Shown: positions 1-9,277 of the stretch, piece by piece
Layout: the number at the start of each line of letters is the position of its first letter
How positions within the stretch are numbered: position 1 is the stretch's first letter
NCBI GenBank assembly: GCA_032250835.1
Contig: JAVVEA010000019.1
Span: forward strand, 1-64,000
DNA from: a bacterium
GTDB lineage: Bacteria > SAR324 > XYD2-FULL-50-16
Direction of reading: 5' to 3'
DNA length: 64,000 bases
Translations under genes and position numbers: made by a program
Notes under the pieces: model-generated
What the model was told of the DNA's origin: nothing
Database searches by the model: none
What the model saw: the letters and a program-made list of their open reading frames with translations, nothing else

Positions 1-284
1 CTCTCTTTTGTTCCCCCCAAAAGACGAGCAGACCAGTGAAAAGGTCTTCTTTGTACTCAAGTCAACTAGCTTAATCGACCCGAGTTTGCAAGAATATTTG
101 TGAAAAAAACTTCATCCTAAGCCGTTAATACAAGCGGCCCTAGCCCCAGTAGACCGCAGACCAGTCGCTAAATCGAAAGACCGAACAAAATCCCAAAGGC
201 TTTGGTTGCGGCTCAATGCTTTTTTCGGTAGTATGCCCGCTATACCAACAACACTGCCACCACCCGATCTATTTTTGCTTTCCG

Positions 285-3263
285 ATGGCCAAAAAGAAGG
301 ACGATAAAGAACTCAAGTTAGAGCTTACGTCAGACAAAACTGACGAACCTGAAGAACTTGAGGAAGAACCGGTCGAGTTAGAACCCGACGAAGTCATCCT
401 GCAAAGCGGCGGCACCGATGCCGAGGGACAAGAAACCTTTGGAGCTCTGCTGCCCAAGGCTGATTTTCTGCCCGAGCAATTGGGCATTATCGCCGTACAG
501 CACCGCCCCTTATTCCCGCATATGGTGATTCCTTTGGTGGTGGAAGGGGACATCTACCAAGAAACCTTGGTAGAAGCCCAAAAAGGGCAGGGATACGTGG
601 GCATCGCCCTCTCGACCCCTAAGTTCGACTCAGAAAACCCCAAGGTCGAGGACTTACACAAATACGGCGTTGTCGCGCGCATCGCCAAGGTCTTCGCCCA
701 AGACAGCCACGGCAGCCAGGTGCTGCTAGACGTTTTAGAGCGCATCCGCATCGTCGAGCCCCTAGCCTCGAAGGGCATCATGCGGGCTCGGGTAGAGTAT
801 GTGCACCAAGACCGAGTCAAGGTAAACGACGAGATCCGCGCCTATTCGCGCGAAATCCTGACCAACATGAAGGAGTTGATCCGTCTCAACCCGCTGATTA
901 AAGAAGAGCTCAATCAATTCATTAGCCAGATCAGCATCGACGACCCCTCGCGCCTAGCCGACTTTGCCGCCACCCTGACCAGCGCGGAAAAAGAAGAGTT
1001 GCAGGCCATTTTGGCTACCGTACCGATTGTGCCCCGGCTGGGCAAAACCCTGTTATTGATCAAAAAAGAACTGGAGCTTTCGCGCCTGCAAGCCGAGATC
1101 AGCCAAAAGATCGAAGAGCGCATCAGCGACCACCAGCGGGAGTTCTTTTTAAAAGAACAACTCAAAGAGATCCAAAAGGAACTGGGCATCAGCAAAGATG
1201 AGAAAACCCAGGTGCTTGAAAAGCTTTTGGCGAAGGCCAAAAAGCTGAACTTCTCAGAAGAAGTGCAAGAACGCTTTGATGAGGAGATGAACAAAATCGC
1301 CCTGTTGGACGTGCAAAGCCCTGAATTCAACGTCAGCCGGACCTATCTAGACTGGATCGTATCCTTGCCCTGGGGCTTGCATTCAAAAGAAAACCTGGAC
1401 ATCGTCCGGGCCGAAAAGGTCTTAGATGCCGACCACTACGGCCTTGAAGACATCAAAGAACGGATCATTGAGTTCATCGCCGCTATGAACCTGCGCCAAG
1501 ACAACTCCGGAACGATCCTTTGTTTCGTCGGCCCGCCGGGCGTCGGCAAAACCTCAATCGGTAAGTCCATCGCCCGCGCTATGGGCCGCAAGTTCTACCG
1601 CTTTTCCGTAGGCGGCATGCGCGACGAAGCGGAAATCAAGGGCCACCGTCGCACTTATATCGGGGCTATGCCCGGTAAGTTCATCCAAGCCTTAAAGGGA
1701 GCCAAGTACGCCAACCCGGTGATCATGCTCGACGAAATCGACAAGATCGGCTCCAGCTACCAAGGCGATCCCGCTTCAGCGCTGCTCGAAGTCTTAGACC
1801 CCGAGCAAAACAGCGCTTTTGCGGATCATTACCTGGACCTGCCCTTTGACCTATCCAAGGTGGTCTTCATCACCACCGCCAACCAGCTGGACACTATTCC
1901 GGCGGCCTTATTGGACCGGATGGAAGTGCTTCGGCTCTCGGGTTATATTGCCAACGAAAAGTTGCAAATCGCCAAGAAGTACCTGATCCCCAAGCAGCGT
2001 AAAGCCCACGGCATCAAAGGCAGCCAGATCAGCTTTGCCGACGGCGCTATCCGCCGGATCATCGACGGCTATGCTCGCGAAGCGGGGGTCCGCAAATTAG
2101 AAAACATGATCGAAAAGATCTGTCGCAAGCGAGCCACCGAGATCGTCCGTGGGGTTGAGCTTAAGCAGCCTCGGATCGGCGTCAGTCAAGTTAAAGACTA
2201 CTTGAAGAACCCGATCTTTGAAGACGACGAAATCCACGGCGAAGGGCGACCCGGCGTGGCCACAGGCTTGGCCTGGACCTCTATGGGTGGGTCGATATTG
2301 ACCATCGAGTCCAATTGGGTCCCCTCAAAGGGCCGCAGCTTCCAGCAGACCGGTCAGTTGGGCGAAGTGATGATCGAATCGGCCAAAATCGCCTACAGCT
2401 ACGTGTTAGCCAACGCCGAACGCTACGGCGGCAAGACCGAGTTTTTCGACGAAAAACACCTACATTTGCACGTCCCCGCAGGGGCGACGCCCAAAGACGG
2501 GCCTTCGGCGGGGGTCACCATGGCCTCTGTGTTGATTTCGATGATGCTCGACATCCCGCTCTTGCCCAAACTGGGCATGACCGGGGAACTAACGTTGGTC
2601 GGTGAGGTGCTCCCGATTGGTGGCTTGAAGGAAAAGGTGATCGCCTCAAGGCGCTCCGGGTTGACCCAAATCATCATCCCCGAAGCGAACCGCAAGGACT
2701 ACCTAGAGCTGCCCGACCATGTAAAGGAAAAGCTGGTGATCCATTTTGCCAAGACCTACGACGATGTCTTCCGCTATGCCTTTGACCTCAAGCCCATCTT
2801 TCCCCGGCCCAACCGCCGCAAGACCGATGAGCCGGAAAAAGACCATGGGGCCGCCCCAGCCAAAAAACCAGGACGACCCAAGAAGAACACAACGACGAAA
2901 GCTTCGGCCAAGAAGGTGGGTCGGCCCAAGAAAAACCTGACCGAAACCGCTGAACAGACCCAGGCGGAGGCTCCAACGGCTCGTGGACCCGGTCGACCTA
3001 AGAAAGTAGGACGGCCCAAGAAGAGCGAAGCTGAGAAGGCGGCACCAAAGAAAAAAGTAGGACGCCCCAAGAAGAGCCCAAGCGAAAAAGGGGTAGCCAA
3101 AAAAGTGGGGCGACCCAAAAAGAGCGAAGCTGAGAAGGCAGAGCCAAAGAAAAAGGTGGGGCGGCCCAAGAAAGTGGCGTCAACCCAAAAGGACTCCCAG
3201 GTCTCGACCGATGGAGCGCCTAAGAAGCGGCGCGGACGACCGCCAAAGGCTCCAAAGGAATAA
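285..3263 (+). CDS. lon: ATP-dependent Lon protease with acidic N-terminal extension and Lys/Arg-rich GRP-repeat C-terminal tail
   Basis: Walker A GPPGVGKT, GHRRTYIGAMPG, Walker B MLDEIDK, catalytic PKDGPSAG and GGLKEK. ATG at 285 preferred over ORF start 216. Confidence 0.97.
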   Translation: MAKKKDDKELKLELTSDKTDEPEELEEEPVELEPDEVILQSGGTDAEGQETFGALLPKADFLPEQLGIIAVQHRPLFPHMVIPLVVEGDIYQETLVEAQKGQGYVGIALSTPKFDSENPKVEDLHKYGVVARIAKVFAQDSHGSQVLLDVLERIRIVEPLASKGIMRARVEYVHQDRVKVNDEIRAYSREILTNMKELIRLNPLIKEELNQFISQISIDDPSRLADFAATLTSAEKEELQAILATVPIVPRLGKTLLLIKKELELSRLQAEISQKIEERISDHQREFFLKEQLKEIQKELGISKDEKTQVLEKLLAKAKKLNFSEEVQERFDEEMNKIALLDVQSPEFNVSRTYLDWIVSLPWGLHSKENLDIVRAEKVLDADHYGLEDIKERIIEFIAAMNLRQDNSGTILCFVGPPGVGKTSIGKSIARAMGRKFYRFSVGGMRDEAEIKGHRRTYIGAMPGKFIQALKGAKYANPVIMLDEIDKIGSSYQGDPASALLEVLDPEQNSAFADHYLDLPFDLSKVVFITTANQLDTIPAALLDRMEVLRLSGYIANEKLQIAKKYLIPKQRKAHGIKGSQISFADGAIRRIIDGYAREAGVRKLENMIEKICRKRATEIVRGVELKQPRIGVSQVKDYLKNPIFEDDEIHGEGRPGVATGLAWTSMGGSILTIESNWVPSKGRSFQQTGQLGEVMIESAKIAYSYVLANAERYGGKTEFFDEKHLHLHVPAGATPKDGPSAGVTMASVLISMMLDIPLLPKLGMTGELTLVGEVLPIGGLKEKVIASRRSGLTQIIIPEANRKDYLELPDHVKEKLVIHFAKTYDDVFRYAFDLKPIFPRPNRRKTDEPEKDHGAAPAKKPGRPKKNTTTKASAKKVGRPKKNLTETAEQTQAEAPTARGPGRPKKVGRPKKSEAEKAAPKKKVGRPKKSPSEKGVAKKVGRPKKSEAEKAEPKKKVGRPKKVASTQKDSQVSTDGAPKKRRGRPPKAPKE
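2860..3260 (+). repeat. Coding repeat: 8 GRP (K-K-V-G-R-P-K-K type) motifs in the Lon tail
   Basis: Eight GRP cores counted in the translation; exact DNA repeat aagagcgaagctgagaaggc at 3021-3040 and 3120-3139. Confidence 0.9.
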
Positions 3264-3433
3264 ACACACCCTCTCTAGGTCTCGCCTTAGAGCCCTAGAG
3301 GGCCCCATCACTGCCAGCGCCGAAATCACCGGGGCGCAACCTAGGCATTGGGGCCGCACCGCCACTTCCCTTTCCAGATCGATCCCAGTTTGGGGCTGCC
3401 CAGCCCCAAACTGAGGAGCACTGAAGCCCCTGA

Positions 3434-5863
3434 TCAGCAATCCAGCACTTCAGATTCCTTTAAGAGCCCTAGACGGACCAAACGCAACAGCGTAGCGGGT
3501 ACACGACTCGGCGTTACCGATACTTGGGTCATCCCCAACCCAGACATAGCCAATAAATCTTCCTCAAGCAGCCTCTGTTCGCCGCAAAAACGCAGTTTCA
3601 GGTCCGGGCGCAAACGGCGACCTCGCTCCGCCGCTAGTTCCACAAACCCCAACAGACTCGGACTGAACCGCAGAAAGGGGTCAGACATCAGGTCCATAGG
3701 GCCGTAGAGAGGACCGAAGCGAGACCAATCGTCGCGCGAAAAGCCCAGCGCCGTTTGCGTCAGATCATTCCCGCCGAAGCTAAAGAAAGAGGCATGCCGC
3801 GCCAATTCGGCGGCGTCCAGCGCGGCCGCAGGTAATTCGATCATCACCCCCCATTCCACCTCAAAGGGCGGCTGCAGGAATCCCCGCTCTTGGCACCATT
3901 GATCAAACAACGGCACCAACCCCTCGATCTCGTGACGGCCATATAAGAGGGCGTTCCACTCGGCGGCAACCCCCACAAAGGGCATCATCACCTGTAACCT
4001 AGGGAGTCGGTGGTGTTTCCGGTGCATCATCTCGCCGACCTCCAAAAAGGCCAAGACCATCATCCGGTACAGCTCGAAATGGGTCAGAGCCAAACGAGCG
4101 CCCCGGTGGCCCAGCATGGGATTCACCTCTCGTTGGGCTTCGATGGCCAAAACCCAATCCTCGGCCCGCCTCTCAGGCAGGAGCGCCGCCAGCTTTTGAG
4201 CGGCGCGGGTCGTCTCTTCGCCCGGCCGGGGCCAAAGTTCATGGCTAGGCAGGTCCAACAGCCGAAGACAAAAGTCCCCTTGGGGCACCCGGTCCAACAG
4301 CTTCAACAAATCCGCTTTGAGCCCTTCACCGGCCACCCGCAATAGTTCGTTCCGGGACTCACCCGCCCCCAGCACTAAGGCCCTCAAGCGGGTCAATTGG
4401 GGCTCTTCGCCTAAGATGTTCTCCAACCGCAGCAGCCCCACCCCCTGGGCCCCCCAATCCAAGGCCCGTCCGATTTCCTTGCTTTGTTCTGCATTAACCA
4501 ACAGACCCATCAACTTAGGTAGTTCCCCCATGACCTTAGCCAATCGTCCTAAGGCTTCGGACTCCGGAGCAGCGCAGGGGCAAAGGCCTTCATAAAGTGC
4601 CGGGGGCGCTTCCAGGGGAACCTCCAACGCAACCTCTTGACCTTCGGTGATCAAGTGTCGATCCAACCGCAAAGCGGCCCCTTCAAAAGCGGCTTCTGGT
4701 AGCATCAGAGCAGGTAGGCCCAAAGAGCGCGCCATTACCGGGCCGTGGGAGGCATAGCCGCCCTGGGTGGTGATCACCGCCTCGGCGGCTTGCAGGGCCG
4801 CCAAATCCTTTGGATACACCTCTTCAACGATCAGAATCTTCGGACCCGGCGGCGCAGACAACAGCGCTTGGGCCGAAAAATAGGCTTTCCCGCTCGCCGC
4901 GCCAGCGTTGCCCGGTATAGCCAACCCCAACTCGAAGGTCCGTTGGGGGTCCGGCCCCACCAAGCGCCCCACCAAAAGCTCCTCCACCTCACTAGGCGCT
5001 AGGGCCTCAGCCAATTGGCGCGGCGTTAGGTGACCCCGTTGGTGCAAGTCCAACAACATTTCTAAACGAGCCTTGGGGTTAGCGATAAAGCTTTCTAAAC
5101 CCAACAGACGCAACCCGCCCGGCCCAGCCAAAAAATGCACCCCGCAAGGGCGCAGCAGGCAGAGTTCCACCGACCTCATGGCCTCGGCTAATGAGGCCGA
5201 TAAGCCCTCGGGAACCTCCTGTTCAACCAACTGCGCGGGTAAAGGATAGGGCTCAAAAAAGCTCCAGGGAACCACTTCTAGCTGGGGTGCGCACAAGCCG
5301 GTGCGGACATCTCGAGCGCGGTAGCGGCCCATCCAGACCGACCCAGCTTCGGGCAGTTGGATTTCCAAGGCTACCCAGGCACCCTCGGGGGCCTGGGCGG
5401 CCAGAAGACCCAAAAACTCGGCCAATTGCCGCTCTCGGTTAGGCGGAAACCCTTGGGCGCGCCCCAGTTGGAGCAGCCGCAAGGCCTCCTCGTCGCTGAG
5501 AAGGTTTTTATTGGCCGGGCGTTGGTTCAGGTCCCCCCAAGTCTCCAGGAGCCGCCTCCAGGCACCTCGCAGGGCCCGGTTAGGCGGAGTGGCATTGGCT
5601 AGTGCTTCGCTCAATCCCAGATAATCCACTTGGGCCCGGGGCGCAAAATCTAGGCTGTCGTAGAGCGACAGGCTTAGGTAAGCCCCGTCGGGAACCTCGG
5701 CCCAAATCAGACGGGCCAGGGATTCGCGCGCCTTGCGGTCCATTGGGACCAACTCGGACGCCGGGGCCACCCAAGGAGTCGTTCCGGGTAACTCCAACTG
5801 AGAAAGCAAATCTAGCCAAGGGGCTAAATCGGTTTGGGCTTTAAGCCGAGTGAAGGGCATCAT
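3434..5863 (-). CDS. Pyruvate phosphate dikinase-like PEP-utilising protein with degenerate N-terminal ATP-grasp domain
   Basis: Swivel domain TTQGGYASHGPVMARSLG; PEP domain motifs GVGLLR, RLLDLPSHE, EVNPMLGHRGARL, MIELPAAAL, FSFGGNDLTQ, CGEQ. Canonical GGKG, SVRSG and LQTR motifs are absent. Confidence 0.85.
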   Translation of the reverse strand: MMPFTRLKAQTDLAPWLDLLSQLELPGTTPWVAPASELVPMDRKARESLARLIWAEVPDGAYLSLSLYDSLDFAPRAQVDYLGLSEALANATPPNRALRGAWRRLLETWGDLNQRPANKNLLSDEEALRLLQLGRAQGFPPNRERQLAEFLGLLAAQAPEGAWVALEIQLPEAGSVWMGRYRARDVRTGLCAPQLEVVPWSFFEPYPLPAQLVEQEVPEGLSASLAEAMRSVELCLLRPCGVHFLAGPGGLRLLGLESFIANPKARLEMLLDLHQRGHLTPRQLAEALAPSEVEELLVGRLVGPDPQRTFELGLAIPGNAGAASGKAYFSAQALLSAPPGPKILIVEEVYPKDLAALQAAEAVITTQGGYASHGPVMARSLGLPALMLPEAAFEGAALRLDRHLITEGQEVALEVPLEAPPALYEGLCPCAAPESEALGRLAKVMGELPKLMGLLVNAEQSKEIGRALDWGAQGVGLLRLENILGEEPQLTRLRALVLGAGESRNELLRVAGEGLKADLLKLLDRVPQGDFCLRLLDLPSHELWPRPGEETTRAAQKLAALLPERRAEDWVLAIEAQREVNPMLGHRGARLALTHFELYRMMVLAFLEVGEMMHRKHHRLPRLQVMMPFVGVAAEWNALLYGRHEIEGLVPLFDQWCQERGFLQPPFEVEWGVMIELPAAALDAAELARHASFFSFGGNDLTQTALGFSRDDWSRFGPLYGPMDLMSDPFLRFSPSLLGFVELAAERGRRLRPDLKLRFCGEQRLLEEDLLAMSGLGMTQVSVTPSRVPATLLRLVRLGLLKESEVLDC

Positions 5864-6639
5864 TTAAAATATCTCGCTCCAGACCGGATGATTTGGGCCG
5901 GCTGGGGGCCGCAAGCTCTGCAAAGCAATGCCCGCAGCTTAGCGACCTCGCTAAAGGCGGGCCCTTCAATCTGGAACCATATGCGGTCACCAAAACGGAC
6001 CCGTCCCCACTGAAAGAGGCTATACAACTCGCGCACCTCTTCACCTTGGTGGAACAAGCGTACCTTAAGTAGCGGAAAGGTTTCCTCGTAGTCCCGCACC
6101 ACCCGGCCTAGGGCCTCTAAGTTGCCGTGGTGGAACAACTCGTTACGGACCTCTACGGGGTATTTGGGGCTACGGTTTTCCAAGCGGCGCGGAGATTGCA
6201 CCCAGTGGGCTTGGGCGGGCGTCGTGGGTTGCGCTTCCTTTAAATCCCCAAAATCCAAGGGCCGACGCCGACGCAACAGAGCCTTCAGTTGCGCCAACAA
6301 AGCGGCAACTTGACTCAAAAGCGCGGGGTCTTGGGGCCGTAGGTAAAGTAATACCAGTTCAAAGGGTATCAGCGGGACACGCAATTCGGGCAGAGCCGGA
6401 ACGATCCAAAGAGGCGATTCCTGGCGGGGCAGGACCAGCAACAGATCAAAGCCGGACAGGCGCTTTAACTGCGACCAGAGCATATCCCATTGCAGCAGTT
6501 GGGCCGACAGATTGAGGCTGATGAATTGGAAGTTTTCAGAAACCAGCCGCTGGTGGAGCTCCGAGGGTTCCCAACGCTCCGGCAACTGCCGGAGCGATGA
6601 GAGGAGTCCTTCTGCGACGGGCTGACCGGCGCGCGGCAT
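5860..6639 (-). CDS. Hypothetical protein with C-terminal HPr-like domain
   Basis: Last ~95 aa (VEVRNELFHHGN...SLFQWG...FGDRIWFQIEG) align by eye with HPr around His15 and Ser46; 4-bp overlap with the PPDK-like gene. Confidence 0.7.
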   Translation of the reverse strand: MPRAGQPVAEGLLSSLRQLPERWEPSELHQRLVSENFQFISLNLSAQLLQWDMLWSQLKRLSGFDLLLVLPRQESPLWIVPALPELRVPLIPFELVLLYLRPQDPALLSQVAALLAQLKALLRRRRPLDFGDLKEAQPTTPAQAHWVQSPRRLENRSPKYPVEVRNELFHHGNLEALGRVVRDYEETFPLLKVRLFHQGEEVRELYSLFQWGRVRFGDRIWFQIEGPAFSEVAKLRALLCRACGPQPAQIIRSGARYFK

Positions 6640-6653
6640 AGGGGTCGCGAGAC

Positions 6654-8570
6654 TTAAGCCTCGACGCTTAGGCCAGGCGGGTTCACAAAACTAGGCACGT
6701 AGCCATTGGCGTTTGCGTCTTCCAGGTGTTTTTCCTTGGAAAGGTCCGTAAACCCAGCCGAGACGGTGGCCAAGAGTTCGCTGATCACGTTACTGACCGA
6801 CTGCATGGTGTTTTCCTTGCGTTTGATCGTGGTCAGGTTGATCTCTAGGTAAATTCCGGGCCGCAGGTGGTAAGGGTTTACCTGACGGTTGAAGGCCTCA
6901 AAACGGTCTTCTAAGAAGTCCAGCCGCTGGTCCAAGATCACCCGCTCCGGGGGGTTTTCATACTTGAAGGTATCGTGGATCTTGCCGCGCAGCATCTGGA
7001 ACTTTTTGGTCAAATACTTGCGCTTTTCGGCGAAGGTATCGTTGAGCTTTTCCATGTCGCTTTTTTCGGGCTGCACAAAGAATATCTCGTCCCACAATTT
7101 AACGGGCTGTTCAGCCTCGTCTGCCGGAGGGAGGTCCAGCTTGACGGGCTCTTCTTTCTTCTTAGCCCCACCGAAGAGTTTGGCAAAAAAGCCAAGTTTC
7201 TCATCCGAGGTTTTGTGGATCGGGCCGCCACCTAGATAAATCTGGCTGACTGACTGATAATCCAAGAAACCCTGCTCGTCGCGGAAATTCTGGTGCACCT
7301 TTTCGTAAACTTCCCAAAGCTTTTGGGCCTGGACCTCAAACTCTTCAATCTGGGTACAGTAGGCGTTACGCAGGGCGTGCAATTGCTCGTCGTCGTAATA
7401 GGCCAGCGTGGCGGCGTAACGCTCGTCGGGCAGTTCCGCACCGGCTTGCTCGCCATATTCGCGGATCACCACTTTACGGGCTTGCTTGAAGTTTTCGATG
7501 TGCTGATAGCCCAGGCGGGTCTTGTCTAAGATTTGGGTCAACGAGTTGACCGCTTTATCAAAGCCCTGGTTGCGCATATTCTCGCGGTCCACAATGCGCT
7601 TGATGTTCTCGCGCACATTCAGCGGGTCGTACTCGCTTTGGGGGATTTCCGAGCCCATATCGCCTAAGCCTTGCAAGAAATCCTTGGAAAGCCATTTGTA
7701 CTGGGGCGACTCGCCTCCGTCTTCAAAGTCCAGATGGGTCTCAAGGCGCTTGAGGCGTTCGATGATCAAAGCGGCTTCGTCCATTTCTGGCTGGCCTTCT
7801 TCGGTCAGTTGGGCTTGAAGCGCCGAGATCTCGTGATCCACTTGGTGCATGATGTAGTCGCTCAAGACCTCGCGGATGATGGTCTCGGTGCCGGTCTGGA
7901 AGTGGAAGATCGGGTTGAGCAGTTCGTTTTCCGAAACGTTGATCGCCAAACTGACGTCCGTAACCGTTTCGGGCTTGATCTTGTTGTCCGAGTAATGCCC
8001 CTTGACCAGTGTGAAGGCGTTGTCCGTACCGACCATCAGGCCAATATCGGTCTTTTCGCGCAGCAGCTTGTTGGTGCGGGCTTGCAGGTCCGAAACACCG
8101 TGTTCCAAGTGGCCTTGGAGATGGCTGTAGATGTTAACCACCGAGCGCTCTAGGGCCTCGTTGTTAAACTGTTCGGCGCCGCCAATCTCTTCGACTAACT
8201 CAGCCACGCTCTGGGGCGTGTAGCGGGTCAGGTTCTTTTCTTCTTCCTGGTCGATCAGGCCGCGGAACTTCTTGGACATCTCGTCTTCGACGGTGACCAA
8301 GTAGCGGTTGTACATGTTATGGAAGCCCTGGTTGAAGTAGTTGTGCAACAACTCCTTGACCGAGCCGGTCACCTGCAACTTCTCCAAGACCTCGGGCGGT
8401 AACTTGGAAGACAAATGGTTTAAGACCTTGTCCACCTCTTCGTCGATGATGCGCTGACTTTCGATATACTCGTTGCGCCCATCGCGGTTGGCGCTGTTGC
8501 GAGAACCGACGGCACTAGCGTCTTCTGGGTGAACCCACTGATCGTTCAAATTGCTTTTTTCCTGCGTCAT
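6654..8570 (-). CDS. cfpA: Cytoplasmic filament protein A (CfpA) homologue
   Basis: Blocks recalled from Treponema CfpA: HPE.SAVGSRNS, KLPPEVLE, NYFNQ, NRYLVTVEDEM, HLQGH, LNVRENIK, GYQHIENFK, LPDERY, NPYHLRPG, IKRK. ATG at 8570 has SD GAAGGTGG; the ORF extends to 8654. Confidence 0.88.
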   Translation of the reverse strand: MTQEKSNLNDQWVHPEDASAVGSRNSANRDGRNEYIESQRIIDEEVDKVLNHLSSKLPPEVLEKLQVTGSVKELLHNYFNQGFHNMYNRYLVTVEDEMSKKFRGLIDQEEEKNLTRYTPQSVAELVEEIGGAEQFNNEALERSVVNIYSHLQGHLEHGVSDLQARTNKLLREKTDIGLMVGTDNAFTLVKGHYSDNKIKPETVTDVSLAINVSENELLNPIFHFQTGTETIIREVLSDYIMHQVDHEISALQAQLTEEGQPEMDEAALIIERLKRLETHLDFEDGGESPQYKWLSKDFLQGLGDMGSEIPQSEYDPLNVRENIKRIVDRENMRNQGFDKAVNSLTQILDKTRLGYQHIENFKQARKVVIREYGEQAGAELPDERYAATLAYYDDEQLHALRNAYCTQIEEFEVQAQKLWEVYEKVHQNFRDEQGFLDYQSVSQIYLGGGPIHKTSDEKLGFFAKLFGGAKKKEEPVKLDLPPADEAEQPVKLWDEIFFVQPEKSDMEKLNDTFAEKRKYLTKKFQMLRGKIHDTFKYENPPERVILDQRLDFLEDRFEAFNRQVNPYHLRPGIYLEINLTTIKRKENTMQSVSNVISELLATVSAGFTDLSKEKHLEDANANGYVPSFVNPPGLSVEA

Positions 8571-8779
8571 AACCACCTTCGGTTTCGTCTGGATGGACTC
8601 AAAAGAGGCCCCCACAAACTGCTCAGACTTGTCCGCAAAGTCTAGGGTTGACACCCCTGGATGTCAAGCCAAAACGGTTTTTGGCTAGGGCGGCCTTTGA
8701 CATTTTACCGGCGCTGCTCCAAAGTGGGCGCACGCCGAAGCGAGCAGGATAGGCCAGCAATCTTTAAGGGAACCCTCAG

Positions 8780-9277
8780 ATGAGCGACAGCAACGTAACC
8801 CAGGCTTACAAGCCTTCGGTTGAACCCGCCGTGATCGAGCGGGTGCAAGCGGCGATCGAGGCAATATACCAAGAAAAGATGCACCGCGTCACCCGCATCA
8901 AAGACCATATTTGGGTGATCAGCCAGACGGGCTATAACTTAAGCGTGATCGTCACCCACCTGTTGGTGATCTTTGATGCTGAGATGTTCGAGACCATGGC
9001 CGCGGAGCGGCAGCCTTACCTTGAGGAGTTATTGCATCTAAACGCCCACCAAGTAAAAGACGCCAAGTTTTGTTTGCTCAAGGAAGCGACCCATTTGCGC
9101 GTGCTTTGCGACAACACAAAAATTGACGAAGAGCGGATCCGCAACTATCTGACCGAGTTCAAGGAACTTTACTTAGTCTTGGAAACCCAGCTGGCCGAGC
9201 GCTTCTTTCCGGACCTGGAAACCGCCGAAGACGTCGCCACTTCCGTCGAAGCCCCGCCTGAGGACCAAATTATATGA
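8780..9277 (+). CDS. Hypothetical protein, possibly YbjN/CesT chaperone-like fold
   Basis: Acidic 165-aa ORF with EELLHLN...AKFCL pattern; overlaps ccmA start. Confidence 0.55.
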   Translation: MSDSNVTQAYKPSVEPAVIERVQAAIEAIYQEKMHRVTRIKDHIWVISQTGYNLSVIVTHLLVIFDAEMFETMAAERQPYLEELLHLNAHQVKDAKFCLLKEATHLRVLCDNTKIDEERIRNYLTEFKELYLVLETQLAERFFPDLETAEDVATSVEAPPEDQII

